This document shows, in pieces, positions 29,698 to 39,770 of a DNA stretch of 64,000 nt (within the stretch, counting starts at the first letter, position 1; each line of letters begins with the position of its first letter). The position numbers were made by a program, and so were the translations under genes. The notes under the pieces were generated by a model, which saw nothing but the letters and a program-made list of their open reading frames with translations, searched no databases and was not told the origin of the DNA. Location of the stretch: contig JBCKPE010000001.1 of the NCBI GenBank assembly GCA_038901875.1, forward strand, positions 17,199-81,198, in the 5' to 3' direction. The DNA comes from Burkholderiaceae bacterium. Its GTDB lineage: Bacteria > Pseudomonadota > Gammaproteobacteria > Burkholderiales > Burkholderiaceae_C.

Positions 29698-32463
29698 CTA
29701 GCTCAGCTTGCCATGACATTGTTTGTACTTGCGACCGCTGCCGCAGGGGCAAGGCGCGTTGCGGCCGACCCGCGGAACTGCGGCGCTCGGGCGCGGCGTG
29801 CTGCGCTGCGCCAATGCCTGTTCAATCTCGGTGGTCACTTCGCCGGTTTCTGTGGGCGCCGTGTAGGTGACGTTGGCAATGCTCTCGGCCCGCGACTCCA
29901 GCGACTCGGCAGCCTGCTCCAGTTGATCGTCCGATTGCACCTTCACCGTCATCAGAATTCTTGTCACCTCGTTCTTGACCGAATCAAGCAGTTGGCCAAA
30001 CAGCGCAAACGCCTCCCGTTTGTATTCCTGCTTCGGTTGCTTTTGGGCATACCCGCGCAGGTGAATGCCCTGACGCAAATAGTCCAATGCGCTCAAATGC
30101 TCGCGCCAGTGCGTATCGATGCTTTGCAACAGGACGATGCGCTCAAATTGGGTAAAGTTTGCGCCGCCCACCAAGGCCACCTTGCGCTCAAAGGCTTCGT
30201 GCGCTTGCCGCAGAACCCGCTCAAGGATGTCCTCGTCCGACATGGCGCTGGCCGCCTGCACCTCATTTTGCAGCCGTAGATCAATCGACCAATCCTCACG
30301 CAACACCCGTTCCAGCTCTGCGACATTCCACTGCTCTTCCACCGATTCCTCGGGGACATGTTCACGGACCAGGTCAGTGAAACATCCTTCACGCAGAGAG
30401 CGAATCTGGGCCGACAGGTCACTGGCGTCAAGGATGTCGTTGCGCTGCTGGTAGATCACCTTGCGTTGGTCATTGGCGACGTCATCGTATTCAAGCAACT
30501 GTTTGCGAATGTCAAAGTTGCGCGCCTCCACCTTGCGCTGGGCCGATTCGATGCTACGCGAGACAATGCCGGCCTCGATCGCCTCTCCCTCCGGCATTTT
30601 CAGCCGATCCATGATCGCCTTGACCCGCTCGCCGGCGAAAATGCGCATCAAGGGGTCGTCCAGGCTCAGGTAGAAGCGGGAAGACCCCCGGTCGCCCTGC
30701 CGTCCGGACCGGCCGCGAAGCTGGTTGTCAATCCGACGCGACTCGTGGCGCTCCGTCGCAATGATGCGCAGCCCACCCTGCGACTTCACAAATTCATGAT
30801 CCTGCAACCACTGCGCGCGCAGTTTGGCGATTTCTGCCGTGCCCGCGGCTGAGTCCCGCTTTCCGTCCTGCTCCAGTTGCTCAATGACCTTCTCGACATT
30901 GCCACCCAGAACGATGTCGGTGCCGCGGCCCGCCATGTTGGTGGCAATCGTGATCATGTGCGGACGGCCCGCTTGGGCCACGATATCGGCCTCACGGGCG
31001 TGTTGCTTGGCATTGAGAACCTGATGCGGCAGCTTGTCGCGCTCCAGCAGTTGACTGATGAGTTCGGAATTCTCGATCGAAGTCGTCCCAACAAGCACCG
31101 GTTGACCCCGGTCATGACAATCCTTGACGTCCTGGATCGCTGCCTGGTACTTCTCACCCGTGGTCTTGTAAACACGATCGAGTTGGTCCTCCCGGCAGCT
31201 CGGCCGGTTCGGCGGAATGATGACCGTCTCCAGACCGTAGATTTCCTGAAACTCATAGGCCTCGGTGTCCGCCGTGCCTGTCATGCCCGCCAGTTTCCGA
31301 TAGAGCCGAAAATAGTTTTGGAAAGTGATCGACGCCATGGTCTGGTTCTCAGCCTGGATCGCAACGCCTTCCTTGGCCTCGACCGCCTGATGCAGGCCGT
31401 CACTCCAGCGACGACCGGACATCAGTCTTCCAGTGAACTCGTCAACGATGATCACTTCGCCGCCTTGCACCACATAGTGCTGGTCGCGATGGAACAGGTG
31501 ATGGGCACGCAATGCGGCATAGAGATGGTGCACCAGCGTGATGTTGGCCGGGTCGTAAAGCGTCGCTCCCTCGGCGATCAGGCCGAGTCCGGCCAGCAGA
31601 TGTTCCGCTTTTTCATGCCCTTGCTCGGTCAGCAGCGTCTGCCGGGACTTTTCATCGACGGTGAAATCGCCCGGCTTGATGACTCCTTCGCCGGTACGCG
31701 GATCGGCTTCGCCTTCCTGGCGCGACAACTGGGGCGCCACCCGATTCATGGTCAGGTACATTTCCGTGTGATCTTCGGCCTGACCACTGATGATCAAAGG
31801 AGTGCGCGCCTCGTCGATCAGGATCGAGTCCACTTCGTCTACGATGGCATAGTACAAACCGCGCTGGACGCGATCCTCGACGTCGTAGACCATGTTGTCG
31901 CGCAGATAGTCGAAGCCGTACTCGTTGTTCGTGCCGTAGGTAATGTCGGCCCGGTAGGCGGTCTGTTTCTCCTCGCGCGGGCTGTGTGGCTGATTGACTC
32001 CGACCGTCAACCCAAGAAAGTTATAAAGCCGCCCCATCCAAACGGCATCCCGCCCGGCAAGGTAGTCATTCACGGTCACGACGTGGACACCTTTTCCGGT
32101 CAAGGCATTCAGGTAAACCGGCAATGTCGCCGTCAGCGTCTTGCCTTCTCCGGTCCCCATTTCCGCAATTTTTCCGAAATGCAGCGCGATTCCACCCAAC
32201 AGCTGCACGTCAAAATGCCTCATCTTCATGACCCGCTTGGACCCTTCGCGAACCACGGCAAAAGCTTCGGGAAGAATGTCCTCAAGAGCGGCACCTTGCG
32301 CCACACGCTCCTTGAACTCAGTGGTCTTGCCCCTTAATTCGTCGTCGGTCAGTTGCTCGAACTGCAGTTCAAGGGCGCTGATCCGTTCGACGGTCTTGCG
32401 ATGCTGCCTGAGCAGCCGGTCGTTTCGGCTGCCAAATATTTTTGTAAGGAAATTGGTAGGCAT
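29698..32463 (-). CDS. secA: Preprotein translocase ATPase SecA
   Basis: Start at ATG 32463 gives [20 protein letters not shown], the canonical SecA N-terminus. Motor motifs MGTGEGKTL and [20 protein letters not shown]-terminal zinc finger [14 protein letters not shown]. Confidence 0.97.
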   Translation of the reverse strand: MPTNFLTKIFGSRNDRLLRQHRKTVERISALELQFEQLTDDELRGKTTEFKERVAQGAALEDILPEAFAVVREGSKRVMKMRHFDVQLLGGIALHFGKIAEMGTGEGKTLTATLPVYLNALTGKGVHVVTVNDYLAGRDAVWMGRLYNFLGLTVGVNQPHSPREEKQTAYRADITYGTNNEYGFDYLRDNMVYDVEDRVQRGLYYAIVDEVDSILIDEARTPLIISGQAEDHTEMYLTMNRVAPQLSRQEGEADPRTGEGVIKPGDFTVDEKSRQTLLTEQGHEKAEHLLAGLGLIAEGATLYDPANITLVHHLYAALRAHHLFHRDQHYVVQGGEVIIVDEFTGRLMSGRRWSDGLHQAVEAKEGVAIQAENQTMASITFQNYFRLYRKLAGMTGTADTEAYEFQEIYGLETVIIPPNRPSCREDQLDRVYKTTGEKYQAAIQDVKDCHDRGQPVLVGTTSIENSELISQLLERDKLPHQVLNAKQHAREADIVAQAGRPHMITIATNMAGRGTDIVLGGNVEKVIEQLEQDGKRDSAAGTAEIAKLRAQWLQDHEFVKSQGGLRIIATERHESRRIDNQLRGRSGRQGDRGSSRFYLSLDDPLMRIFAGERVKAIMDRLKMPEGEAIEAGIVSRSIESAQRKVEARNFDIRKQLLEYDDVANDQRKVIYQQRNDILDASDLSAQIRSLREGCFTDLVREHVPEESVEEQWNVAELERVLREDWSIDLRLQNEVQAASAMSDEDILERVLRQAHEAFERKVALVGGANFTQFERIVLLQSIDTHWREHLSALDYLRQGIHLRGYAQKQPKQEYKREAFALFGQLLDSVKNEVTRILMTVKVQSDDQLEQAAESLESRAESIANVTYTAPTETGEVTTEIEQALAQRSTPRPSAAVPRVGRNAPCPCGSGRKYKQCHGKLS

Positions 32464-32473
32464 GAACACGGGA

Positions 32474-32507
32474 CTGCCTTGCCGGCCTGGGAAGGTCGGC
32501 AAGGCAG
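32474..32507 (-). promoter_or_regulatory. Very stable hairpin in the secA leader / M23-secA spacer
   Basis: CTGCCTTGCCG (32474-32484) pairs perfectly with CGGCAAGGCAG (32497-32507), 11 bp. The stem is extendable by G-U, C-G and C-G to 14 bp around a 6-nt loop. It ends 10 nt upstream of the secA ATG. Confidence 0.6.
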
Positions 32508-32601
32508 CAGGTACCTTTACTGATTCGACAAGATGGTCCGGGCTTTGCTTGGCCAGCCGCAAGGCGGGTCGCCCGACGTGCTGCGGGCCTGGCTGCGGAT
32601 T

Positions 32602-33576
32602 TTACCGTTGCACCACTCGCGCGGTGCGCTGACCCCGGCCTTCACCTGGTGTCGATTGGGCGATTGAGACATTGCCAGCGGAATTCAGGAACTTGCGGGG
32701 ATCTTGCGGAATTCCTTGAACCAGCACTTCGAAGTGAAGATGCGGGCCGGTGGACCTTCCGGAGGATCCAACCTCGGCGATTTTTTGGCCGCGTTTGATC
32801 AGGTCCCCGGTCTTGACGAAGACCGCGGACGCATGCGCATACAGCGTTCGCAGATCATTGCCGTGATCGATTTCAACCATGTTGCCGTAGGCCGGGTGGG
32901 ACTGCTGACCTACGACAACACCACCGGCCGCGGCAACAATCGTCGCGCCCCGGTCGGCCTGAAAATCAAGGCCGGTGTGCAACGCCGAGTGACCGGTCAT
33001 CGGGTCGATGCGCCAGCCAAAAGGGGAGCCCATCGTGCCTTCGATGACCGGTGGCTGGGTAGGAATCATCATCTTGCGGATCTTCTGTTCGAACAGGCTG
33101 GATTCGACAACGGTCATCCAATCTTCACGCTGGCTCGCAGCCTGTTCAAGCTGGGTCACGATTAGGCGCAGATCGTCCATCGACAACTGACGGTCCAACA
33201 CCAATGCGCCTCCTTGCGAAGGCGTTTTCCGAATTTCAGCCGGACTGATCCCCGTCAGCCCCGAGACCCGCTCGCCCAGGGATTCGAGTTGAATCAGCTT
33301 GGCCTGAAGTTCGCCAACCCGGCGCGCCATGGCGTCCAGGTTCTCGCGCAGGAAGCGGTCGCGCTGTGCGAACTCGTCGCGCACAATAAGTTGGACGATG
33401 GGTCCCACGACCGGCCAACCCTCGCGTGCGCCCTTGAGAAATACCCAGTGATAAATTCCTAGCGACAATACCAGCAGCAAGGTGGAGACGGCCAGCCCGG
33501 CAGTTACCAGGCTGGTCCCGGTCAAATGGATCACACGACTCCTGGCCAGCCATGCGTCCGTCACAATCAATTGCAT
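32602..33576 (-). CDS. M23 family metallopeptidase
   Basis: N-terminal TM segment, coiled-coil region, and LytM motifs HTGLDF and GPHLHFEV. Confidence 0.88.
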   Translation of the reverse strand: MQLIVTDAWLARSRVIHLTGTSLVTAGLAVSTLLLVLSLGIYHWVFLKGAREGWPVVGPIVQLIVRDEFAQRDRFLRENLDAMARRVGELQAKLIQLESLGERVSGLTGISPAEIRKTPSQGGALVLDRQLSMDDLRLIVTQLEQAASQREDWMTVVESSLFEQKIRKMMIPTQPPVIEGTMGSPFGWRIDPMTGHSALHTGLDFQADRGATIVAAAGGVVVGQQSHPAYGNMVEIDHGNDLRTLYAHASAVFVKTGDLIKRGQKIAEVGSSGRSTGPHLHFEVLVQGIPQDPRKFLNSAGNVSIAQSTPGEGRGQRTARVVQR

Positions 33577-33612
33577 AATCTACGCCTCGTCTCAATACCA
33601 TAGCGGCAAGCC

Positions 33613-33924
33613 ATGAACACTCGCCGTCAGGCCATCAGCATCGAACAAGCCAGTCGGGAATCATCCATTCTGTCCCGACTTATCGGACTGAGCCGGGAAT
33701 CCGCTGAGCGTCTTGCCCTGGTCCGTTTTCTCATACCGCCTGAGCTTCACACCGCCATCAAGCCGGGGCCGATCGATGGATCGGACTGGTCCCTGCTGGT
33801 GGATAACCCCGCCGTTGCATCCAAACTTCGGCAACTGCTGCCACGCATTCAATCACATTTGTCCGAACATGGACAGGAAATTACTGCGATCCGGATCCAG
33901 CTGTTGGGGTCTGACGGACCATGA
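33613..33924 (+). CDS. DUF721 (DciA-like) domain protein
   Basis: 103 aa. Its small size and position beside secA and the M23 gene match the conserved betaproteobacterial arrangement as I recall it. No catalytic motif. Confidence 0.55.
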   Translation: MNTRRQAISIEQASRESSILSRLIGLSRESAERLALVRFLIPPELHTAIKPGPIDGSDWSLLVDNPAVASKLRQLLPRIQSHLSEHGQEITAIRIQLLGSDGP

Positions 33925-33946
33925 CCGTCGGCACTCCGCAAGCCTG

Positions 33947-34022
33947 TGGTGCCGATTATCGGATTCGAACTGATGACCTACCGCTTACAAGGCGGTTGCT
34001 CTACCAACTGAGCTAAATCGGC
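33947..34022 (-). tRNA. tRNA-Thr (anticodon UGU)
   Basis: The reverse complement folds as a 76-nt cloverleaf. Acceptor GCCGATT/AATCGGC, anticodon stem ACCGC/GCGGT with loop CTTGTAA, T-loop TTCGAAT, and an encoded CCA. One A-C mismatch in the T-stem. Confidence 0.9.
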
Positions 34023-34066
34023 GAACCCGCATTTTAGCGAAGGCGCCCTCGGGCAAACGGCAAACC

Positions 34067-34585
34067 CTATTTGACTCGCTTCAAGCTCGGCCGCCCGCCC
34101 CGGCCGGCCGGAGGCTTCGGCGGTTGGGTGTCGTTCCCAGGCACGCCGCCAGAAACCGGGACCAGCGGCATCAACCTGTTCGGGACTGGATTGGATGGCT
34201 CCTGTGCACCCGCTGCTTCGGCGCGAGTATTCGGGCCAGGTGTCGGTTCCGGTGCGCCCGCCGCGGCGGGCGCCGGGAAAGCCATGCCTTGCCCATTTTC
34301 CCTGGCATAGATCGCCAGCACCCGGACCACCGGGACGACAATATCGCGCGCCGTCCCAGCGAATCGGGCCTTGAACTCAATAAATTCATTCCCAAGCTTG
34401 AGAGAACTGGTGGCGTCGAAGCTGACGTTTAGAACGATCTCGCCGTTCTTGACATACTCGCGCGGGACTTGCGTTGTTTCGTCGGCCAGGACCGCCAGAT
34501 AGGGCGTGAAACCATTGTCGGTGCACCATTCGTAGAGTGCCCGGATCAGATAGGGTCTGGTGGACGTCACGTCTGACGCTTGCAT
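34067..34585 (-). CDS. sspB: ClpXP protease specificity-enhancing factor (stringent starvation protein B)
   Basis: N-terminal SspB fold RPYLIRALYEWCTDNGFTPYL, a Pro/Ala-rich linker, and a C-terminal ClpX-binding tail RPSLKRVK. Confidence 0.93.
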   Translation of the reverse strand: MQASDVTSTRPYLIRALYEWCTDNGFTPYLAVLADETTQVPREYVKNGEIVLNVSFDATSSLKLGNEFIEFKARFAGTARDIVVPVVRVLAIYARENGQGMAFPAPAAAGAPEPTPGPNTRAEAAGAQEPSNPVPNRLMPLVPVSGGVPGNDTQPPKPPAGRGGRPSLKRVK

Positions 34586-34608
34586 AGCGGCTCCAAATTG
34601 GCAGACGA

Positions 34609-35220
34609 CTATTTGCGCATCACCTTTTCGGATGGCGTCAGCGCCTCAATGTAGGCCGGTCTGGAGAAAATGCGCTCCGCGTACTTCAGCAGCGGCGCAG
34701 CGTTCTTGCTCAGGTCAATGCCGTAGAAATCCAGGCGCCACAGCAGCGGTGCAATCGCAACGTCCAGCATCGAGAAGTTTTCGCCGAGCATGAACTTGTT
34801 CTTCAGGAAGACGGGCGCCAGCTGCGTCAAGCGATCGCGGATATGGGCTCGTGCCTTCTCCAGAACCTTCTCGTTGGTTTTCGTCGCGCGGGACTCCAAG
34901 GTTGACACATGCACAAACAGCTCCTTTTCAAAATTGAGCAGAAACAATCTGGCACGTGCGCGATCCACCGGGTCTCCGGGCATCAACTGCGGATGCGGAA
35001 AACGCTCGTCAATGTACTCATTGACGATGTTGGACTCATAAAGAATGAGATCACGCTCCACCAGAATGGGAACCTGCCCATAGGGGTTCATGACACCGAT
35101 GTCGTCGGGCTTGTTGTACAGGTCGACATCTCGAATCTCGAAGTCCATCCCCTTCTCAAACAGAACAAAACGGCAACGATGGGAAAACGGGCAGGTGGTT
35201 CCTGAATACAGCACCATCAT
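34609..35220 (-). CDS. sspA: Stringent starvation protein A (GST-like)
   Basis: 203 aa, MMVLYSGTTCPFSHRCRFVLFEKG. Located upstream of sspB. Confidence 0.94.
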   Translation of the reverse strand: MMVLYSGTTCPFSHRCRFVLFEKGMDFEIRDVDLYNKPDDIGVMNPYGQVPILVERDLILYESNIVNEYIDERFPHPQLMPGDPVDRARARLFLLNFEKELFVHVSTLESRATKTNEKVLEKARAHIRDRLTQLAPVFLKNKFMLGENFSMLDVAIAPLLWRLDFYGIDLSKNAAPLLKYAERIFSRPAYIEALTPSEKVMRK

Positions 35221-35328
35221 GGGGAAGACTCCTAAAAATTGAGAAGAAAGGGGTGCCTATCCATATCCCGGTGCGGCCGCACCGCAAGCGCGAACATCAG
35301 GCCCGAAAGAAGGCTCAGCGGCTTGTGG

Positions 35329-36084
35329 CTACTTGATATGCTTCCAGTACGCCGCATTCAAACGCCAGGCGATGAAGACAAATATTCCAAGGAACAGGAC
35401 GACCCAGGCGCCAATCCGGATGCGTTGATTGTGCGAAGGTTCCGACATCCACTGCAGGAAGCCGACCAGGTCAGCAACGGCCTGGTCGTACTGCAAGGGC
35501 GCCAGCATTCCGGGTGACACCTCTTCCCAGCCCTTGAAAACGGCGCTCGGACCATGCCCGGCGTCCATGATCGGCCGGCGCTCACCCTGCAACTCCCAAA
35601 GTGCGTGGGGCATCCCCACATTGGGCAGGGCGAGGTTGTTCCAGCCTGTGACCTTGGTTTCATCCCGGTAGAAGCTTCGCAAAAAAGTGTAGAGATAGTC
35701 CGCTCCCGTGCCTTTTCCAGCGGCTGAACGGGAGCGTGCAACCAGGGATAAGTCCGGCGGGTTGCCCCCGAACCATTCCTTGGCTTGCTTCGGATCGATC
35801 GACATCTTCATGGTGGCCCCCACCCTGTCGGTGGCAAAAAGCAGGTTGTCCTTGATCTGCGCTTCTGTCAAGCCGATGTCCTGCAAGCGGTTGTAGCGCA
35901 CATACGCGGCCGAGTGACAGTTGAGGCAGTAGTTGACGAAAATCTTCGCCCCGTTTTGCAGGGCAGCGAGGTCATTGGTCTTCGCCGGCGCCTTGTCCCA
36001 CGCGATGCCTTCTCCGCCCACCGCCTGCGCACCGGCAACGACGCCAAACGCCATGATCATCATCATCAAGATGAATTTTTTCAT
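35329..36084 (-). CDS. petC: Cytochrome c1 (bc1 complex)
   Basis: Signal peptide, heme-binding CLNCHS, C-terminal TM anchor. Last gene of petABC. Confidence 0.93.
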   Translation of the reverse strand: MKKFILMMMIMAFGVVAGAQAVGGEGIAWDKAPAKTNDLAALQNGAKIFVNYCLNCHSAAYVRYNRLQDIGLTEAQIKDNLLFATDRVGATMKMSIDPKQAKEWFGGNPPDLSLVARSRSAAGKGTGADYLYTFLRSFYRDETKVTGWNNLALPNVGMPHALWELQGERRPIMDAGHGPSAVFKGWEEVSPGMLAPLQYDQAVADLVGFLQWMSEPSHNQRIRIGAWVVLFLGIFVFIAWRLNAAYWKHIK

Positions 36085-36100
36085 TCTTCGTCTCCGGCTC

Positions 36101-37501
36101 TCAATGGGCAGCGAACGTCACGCGGTCGGGCACCGGTTTGGGCTCACCCATGCGGCTCCAAACAGGCATCAGCAGGAAGAAGCCGAAGTAAAACAACGTG
36201 CCGAGCTGGGACACGCGCTCGCCAATCGGCGACGGTGGCAACACACCCAGATAACCGAGGACAAAGAAGTCCAGCACAAAAATCGCAAACATGTACCGGT
36301 GCCAGCGCGGACGGTAACGAATGGATTTGACCGGGCTGTGGTCCAGCCAGGGCAGGAAAAACAGAATGATGACGGCGGCGCCCATGACCAGCACGCCCCA
36401 GAATTTGGCGTCAATATTGAGCATCAGGATCGACAAGCCGAGCGCAGCAGCAAGAATCAGGCCCTTGATGATCGCCGGCAGCGCGGACTTGAACGCCGTC
36501 CATAGAGCGGCACCCAACGTGATGACAATCAGCGCCAGCAACATTTCGGCTGTGATGGCACGCAACATCGAGTAGTACGGCGTGAAGTACCACACAGGCG
36601 CGATATGCAACGGCGTTTTCAGCGGATCCGCCGGAATGAAGTTGTTGTACTCAAGAAAGTAGCCGCCCATCTCGGGGGCAAAAAACACGATGGCGGAAAA
36701 CACCAGCAGGAACACCGACACGGCAAAAATGTCATGAACCGTGTAATAGGGATGAAACGGAATCCCATCAAGGGGTTGCCCGTCGGGGCCCGGGCTCGCC
36801 TTGATCTCGACGCCGTCAGGATTGTTTGAGCCGACCTCGTGCAGCGCAATGATGTGCGCCGCCACCAGGCCGAGCAAGACCAGCGGAACCGCAATCACAT
36901 GGAATGCGAAGAAGCGATTGAGCGTCGCATCGCCGACCACGAAGTCACCGCGAATCAGCAGGGCAAGGTCCGGGCCGATGAACGGCACCGCCGAGAACAG
37001 ATTCACGATCACCTGGGCGCCCCAGTAGCTCATCTGTCCCCATGGCAGCAGGTAGCCGAAAAAGGCTTCGGCCATCAGGCAAAGAAAAATGGCGCAGCCA
37101 AAGATCCAGATCAACTCGCGCGGCTTGCGGTAGGAGCCATAGAGCAGGCCGCGAAACATGTGCAGATAGACGACGATGAAGAACGCGGAGGCGCCGGTCG
37201 AGTGCATGTAACGTATCAACCAACCCCAGGGCACATCGCGCATGATGTATTCAACCGACGCAAACGCCTGGTCTGCATCGGGCTTGTAATGCATCGTCAG
37301 CAGGATTCCGGTGACGATCTGAATGACCAGTACCAGCAGCGACAACGAGCCGAAGACATACCAGAAATTGAAATTCTTCGGAGCGTAGTATTCGCTCATG
37401 TGCTCTTTGAAGAGCTTGCTCGCCGGAAAACGGTTATCCACCCAGTTCAGCAGCTTCTCAGGCCAAGCCGCATTCGGTGATATCTCTTTGAACTCAGCCA
37501 T
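36101..37501 (-). CDS. petB: Cytochrome b (bc1 complex)
   Basis: 466 aa, multi-TM. Conserved N-terminus WVDNRFP...YYAPKNFNFWY and heme-ligand His pairs. Confidence 0.95.
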   Translation of the reverse strand: MAEFKEISPNAAWPEKLLNWVDNRFPASKLFKEHMSEYYAPKNFNFWYVFGSLSLLVLVIQIVTGILLTMHYKPDADQAFASVEYIMRDVPWGWLIRYMHSTGASAFFIVVYLHMFRGLLYGSYRKPRELIWIFGCAIFLCLMAEAFFGYLLPWGQMSYWGAQVIVNLFSAVPFIGPDLALLIRGDFVVGDATLNRFFAFHVIAVPLVLLGLVAAHIIALHEVGSNNPDGVEIKASPGPDGQPLDGIPFHPYYTVHDIFAVSVFLLVFSAIVFFAPEMGGYFLEYNNFIPADPLKTPLHIAPVWYFTPYYSMLRAITAEMLLALIVITLGAALWTAFKSALPAIIKGLILAAALGLSILMLNIDAKFWGVLVMGAAVIILFFLPWLDHSPVKSIRYRPRWHRYMFAIFVLDFFVLGYLGVLPPSPIGERVSQLGTLFYFGFFLLMPVWSRMGEPKPVPDRVTFAAH

Positions 37502-37513
37502 CTGTTGCCCGCC

Positions 37514-38113
37514 TCAAGTTTTCTTGTCTTCGCCGATCAACAACCGGTTCTCCGACAGGTACATGTGCGGCGGCACCTCCAGGTTGTCAGGCGCAGGCTT
37601 GTTCTTGTAGACCCGCCCGGCCAGATCAAAAGTCGAGCCATGGCAGACACACAGAAAGCCGCCGGCCCAGTCATCGGGCAGGGAAGGCTGTGCGCCGGGC
37701 GTGAATCGATCGGATGGCGAGCACCCAAGGTGGGTGCAGATTCCGACCGCCACCATCACCTCGGGCTTGATCGAGCGATGCTCATTGCGAGCGTACAGGG
37801 GTGTCAGTTCGTCGGGCTTGCGCGCCGACTTTGGATCGGCCAGCAGCGCTGTGACCTTGGCCAGCGTCGCGAGCTGTTCGGGCGTGCGCTTGATGATCCA
37901 GACCGGCTTGCCACGCCATTCCACCGTGAGCTTTTCGCCCGGCTTCATCGCGCTAATGTCGACCTCGACCGAAGCGCCCGCTGCCTTGGCGCGCTCCGAC
38001 GGCTGGAACGATGCCACCATGGGAACCGCGGCGCCAATCCCTCCTATGGCACCAGCACAACCAGACGCGATCAACCAGGTCCTCTTGCTATTGTCAACTG
38101 CTGCTTCACTCAT
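37514..38113 (-). CDS. petA: Ubiquinol-cytochrome c reductase Rieske iron-sulfur subunit
   Basis: 199 aa from ATG 38113 (MSEAAVDNSKRTWLIASG). Rieske boxes CTHLGC and CVCHGSTF. The 441-aa track ORF extension overlaps mscL antisense and is rejected. Confidence 0.94.
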   Translation of the reverse strand: MSEAAVDNSKRTWLIASGCAGAIGGIGAAVPMVASFQPSERAKAAGASVEVDISAMKPGEKLTVEWRGKPVWIIKRTPEQLATLAKVTALLADPKSARKPDELTPLYARNEHRSIKPEVMVAVGICTHLGCSPSDRFTPGAQPSLPDDWAGGFLCVCHGSTFDLAGRVYKNKPAPDNLEVPPHMYLSENRLLIGEDKKT

Positions 38114-38197
38114 GAAATTCCTCAACGGTCCGCCCGGCCCGAATCCACCGGGAATTGTAGCTGACCCCCTTGCGCCAACCCATGCCTGATGACGGGC

Positions 38198-38226
38198 TTG
38201 ACGGGCCGGCGTCCACGGCAATACTT
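38198..38226 (+). promoter_or_regulatory. Candidate sigma70 promoter for mscL
   Basis: TTGACG (38198-38203), 17-nt spacer, ATACTT (38221-38226), about 35 nt upstream of the mscL ATG, which has an AGGAACAGGAG SD. Confidence 0.35.
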
Positions 38227-38260
38227 GCGCACCCGCCACCATCAGGAACAGGAGCATGTC

Positions 38261-38692
38261 ATGGGTATGTTGACCGAATTCAGGGAATTTGCGATCAAAG
38301 GCAACGTCGTTGACCTTGCGGTCGGCGTCATCATTGGCGCGGCATTCGGCAAGATTGTCGATTCGGTCGTCGGAGACCTGATCATGCCAGTGTTGGGGGC
38401 GGTGATCGGGAAGCTCGATTTTTCCAATCTCTTTCTGGTCTTGGGATCGATTCCGCCTGGGGTCAGCAGCTCGCTGGACGCCTTGAAAAAGGCTGGCATC
38501 CCAGTGTTTGCATACGGCTCCTTCATCACGGTGGCGGCGAATTTTGCGATTCTCGCCTTCATCATCTTCATCATGATCAAGCAGATCAACAGGCTCAAGA
38601 GAGTGGACCGCGCAGCAGCTCCGGCAGCACCTGCGGCGCCAGCGGAGGACGTCCTGCTGCTGCGGGAAATCCGCGACAGCCTGCGCAAGTAG
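38261..38692 (+). CDS. mscL: Large-conductance mechanosensitive channel
   Basis: 143 aa from ATG 38261, [33 protein letters not shown], the canonical MscL TM1. Confidence 0.95.
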   Translation: MGMLTEFREFAIKGNVVDLAVGVIIGAAFGKIVDSVVGDLIMPVLGAVIGKLDFSNLFLVLGSIPPGVSSSLDALKKAGIPVFAYGSFITVAANFAILAFIIFIMIKQINRLKRVDRAAAPAAPAAPAEDVLLLREIRDSLRK

Positions 38693-38720
38693 GTCAGCGT
38701 CCCGGCCCGGGGGCCTGCAG

Positions 38721-39767
38721 TCAGCCCAGGCCAGTGAGCTCGCGCGCAAGCTCGAGCGCTGCGATGAAGCTGGCGGCGCTGGCGCGCCCCGTGCCAGCCA
38801 GGTCAAACGCGGTGCCATGGTCCGGACTCGTGCGCACAAAGGGCAGGCCCAATGTCACGTTGACCCCATGTTCGAGGCCCAGATACTTGACCGGAATGAG
38901 CCCCTGGTCGTGGTGCATGGCAACCACCACGTCGAACTCACCGGCTTTCTGCGCCGTGCTTCGGGCCCGCATGAACACCGTGTCAGGGGCGAACGGACCG
39001 GTCACATGGATGCCTGATTGCTGCGCCGCAACGATCGCCGGCCCAATGATGTCAATTTCCTCAGCGCCGAACATTCCGCCTTCTCCCGCATGGGGATTCA
39101 GCCCGGCCACTGCAATGCGAGGTTTGCGCCTCAGCATGGGCTCAAGTGATTGATGTGCAATGCGTATCGTTCGCAGGACGTTGTCCAGCGTCACGGCAGC
39201 AATCGCATCCCGCATCGAGACATGAATACTCACCAGGACGACACGCAGCTCCCGGTTCGCCAACATCATGCGTACGGGCATTCCCTCGAGAGAAACGCCC
39301 GACCATTTCGCAGCTTCCGCCTGCAGCAGTTCGGTATGCCCGGGGAACACGGAATACGGCAAGCCAGCGAGCGACAGCGCTTCCTTGTTCAGGGGACCCG
39401 TCACGATCGCGGCAACCTCGCCGGCCAGCGCCAGCCGGCTTGCCGCCACCACACAGTCCCCGGCGAATCGACCCGCAGCTGCGCTTAGGTGACCTTTGTG
39501 AACCGTGCCAGGAAAGGTGGCAGCCTCAAGGACCGGCAGACACCCCGCTGGCAGATCGAGCGCGTCGGCCGGCGCATTGATGAGAGCGGTCGGCGCTTGG
39601 ATGCCCCCCTGCGCCACGATAGCGGCCGCCTCCCGGATGATCTTCACATTGCCGACTATGAAGCAATCGCGAACAAGGTCCGGCCGTTCCAGAAAGGCCT
39701 TCACCACGATTTCGGGGCCAATCCCCGCTGGGTCGCCTGCCGTGATCGCTATCGCCTTGCGCATCAA
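38721..39767 (-). CDS. pdxA: PdxA-family NAD(P)-dependent dehydrogenase (4-hydroxythreonine-4-phosphate dehydrogenase or a PdxA2-like paralog)
   Basis: 348 aa. N-terminus IAITAGDPAGIGPEIVVKA, metal-ligand regions HTELL and MHHDQGLIPVK, and C-terminal VRTSPDHGTAFD. Confidence 0.8.
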   Translation of the reverse strand: MMRKAIAITAGDPAGIGPEIVVKAFLERPDLVRDCFIVGNVKIIREAAAIVAQGGIQAPTALINAPADALDLPAGCLPVLEAATFPGTVHKGHLSAAAGRFAGDCVVAASRLALAGEVAAIVTGPLNKEALSLAGLPYSVFPGHTELLQAEAAKWSGVSLEGMPVRMMLANRELRVVLVSIHVSMRDAIAAVTLDNVLRTIRIAHQSLEPMLRRKPRIAVAGLNPHAGEGGMFGAEEIDIIGPAIVAAQQSGIHVTGPFAPDTVFMRARSTAQKAGEFDVVVAMHHDQGLIPVKYLGLEHGVNVTLGLPFVRTSPDHGTAFDLAGTGRASAASFIAALELARELTGLG

Positions 39768-39770
39768 GAC

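Noticed and set aside
35269-35282. Perfect 14-bp palindrome GGTGCGGCCGCACC between petC and sspA.
   Set aside because: It forms at most a 5-bp stem with a 4-nt loop and has no U-tract. It is probably a weak petC 3' structure or a chance NotI-containing palindrome in GC-rich DNA.
37514-38839. 441-aa minus-strand ORF extending petA upstream across mscL.
   Set aside because: Only the last 199 codons (from ATG 38113) are Rieske protein. The upstream part is antisense to the clearly genuine mscL gene and has wrong-frame composition.
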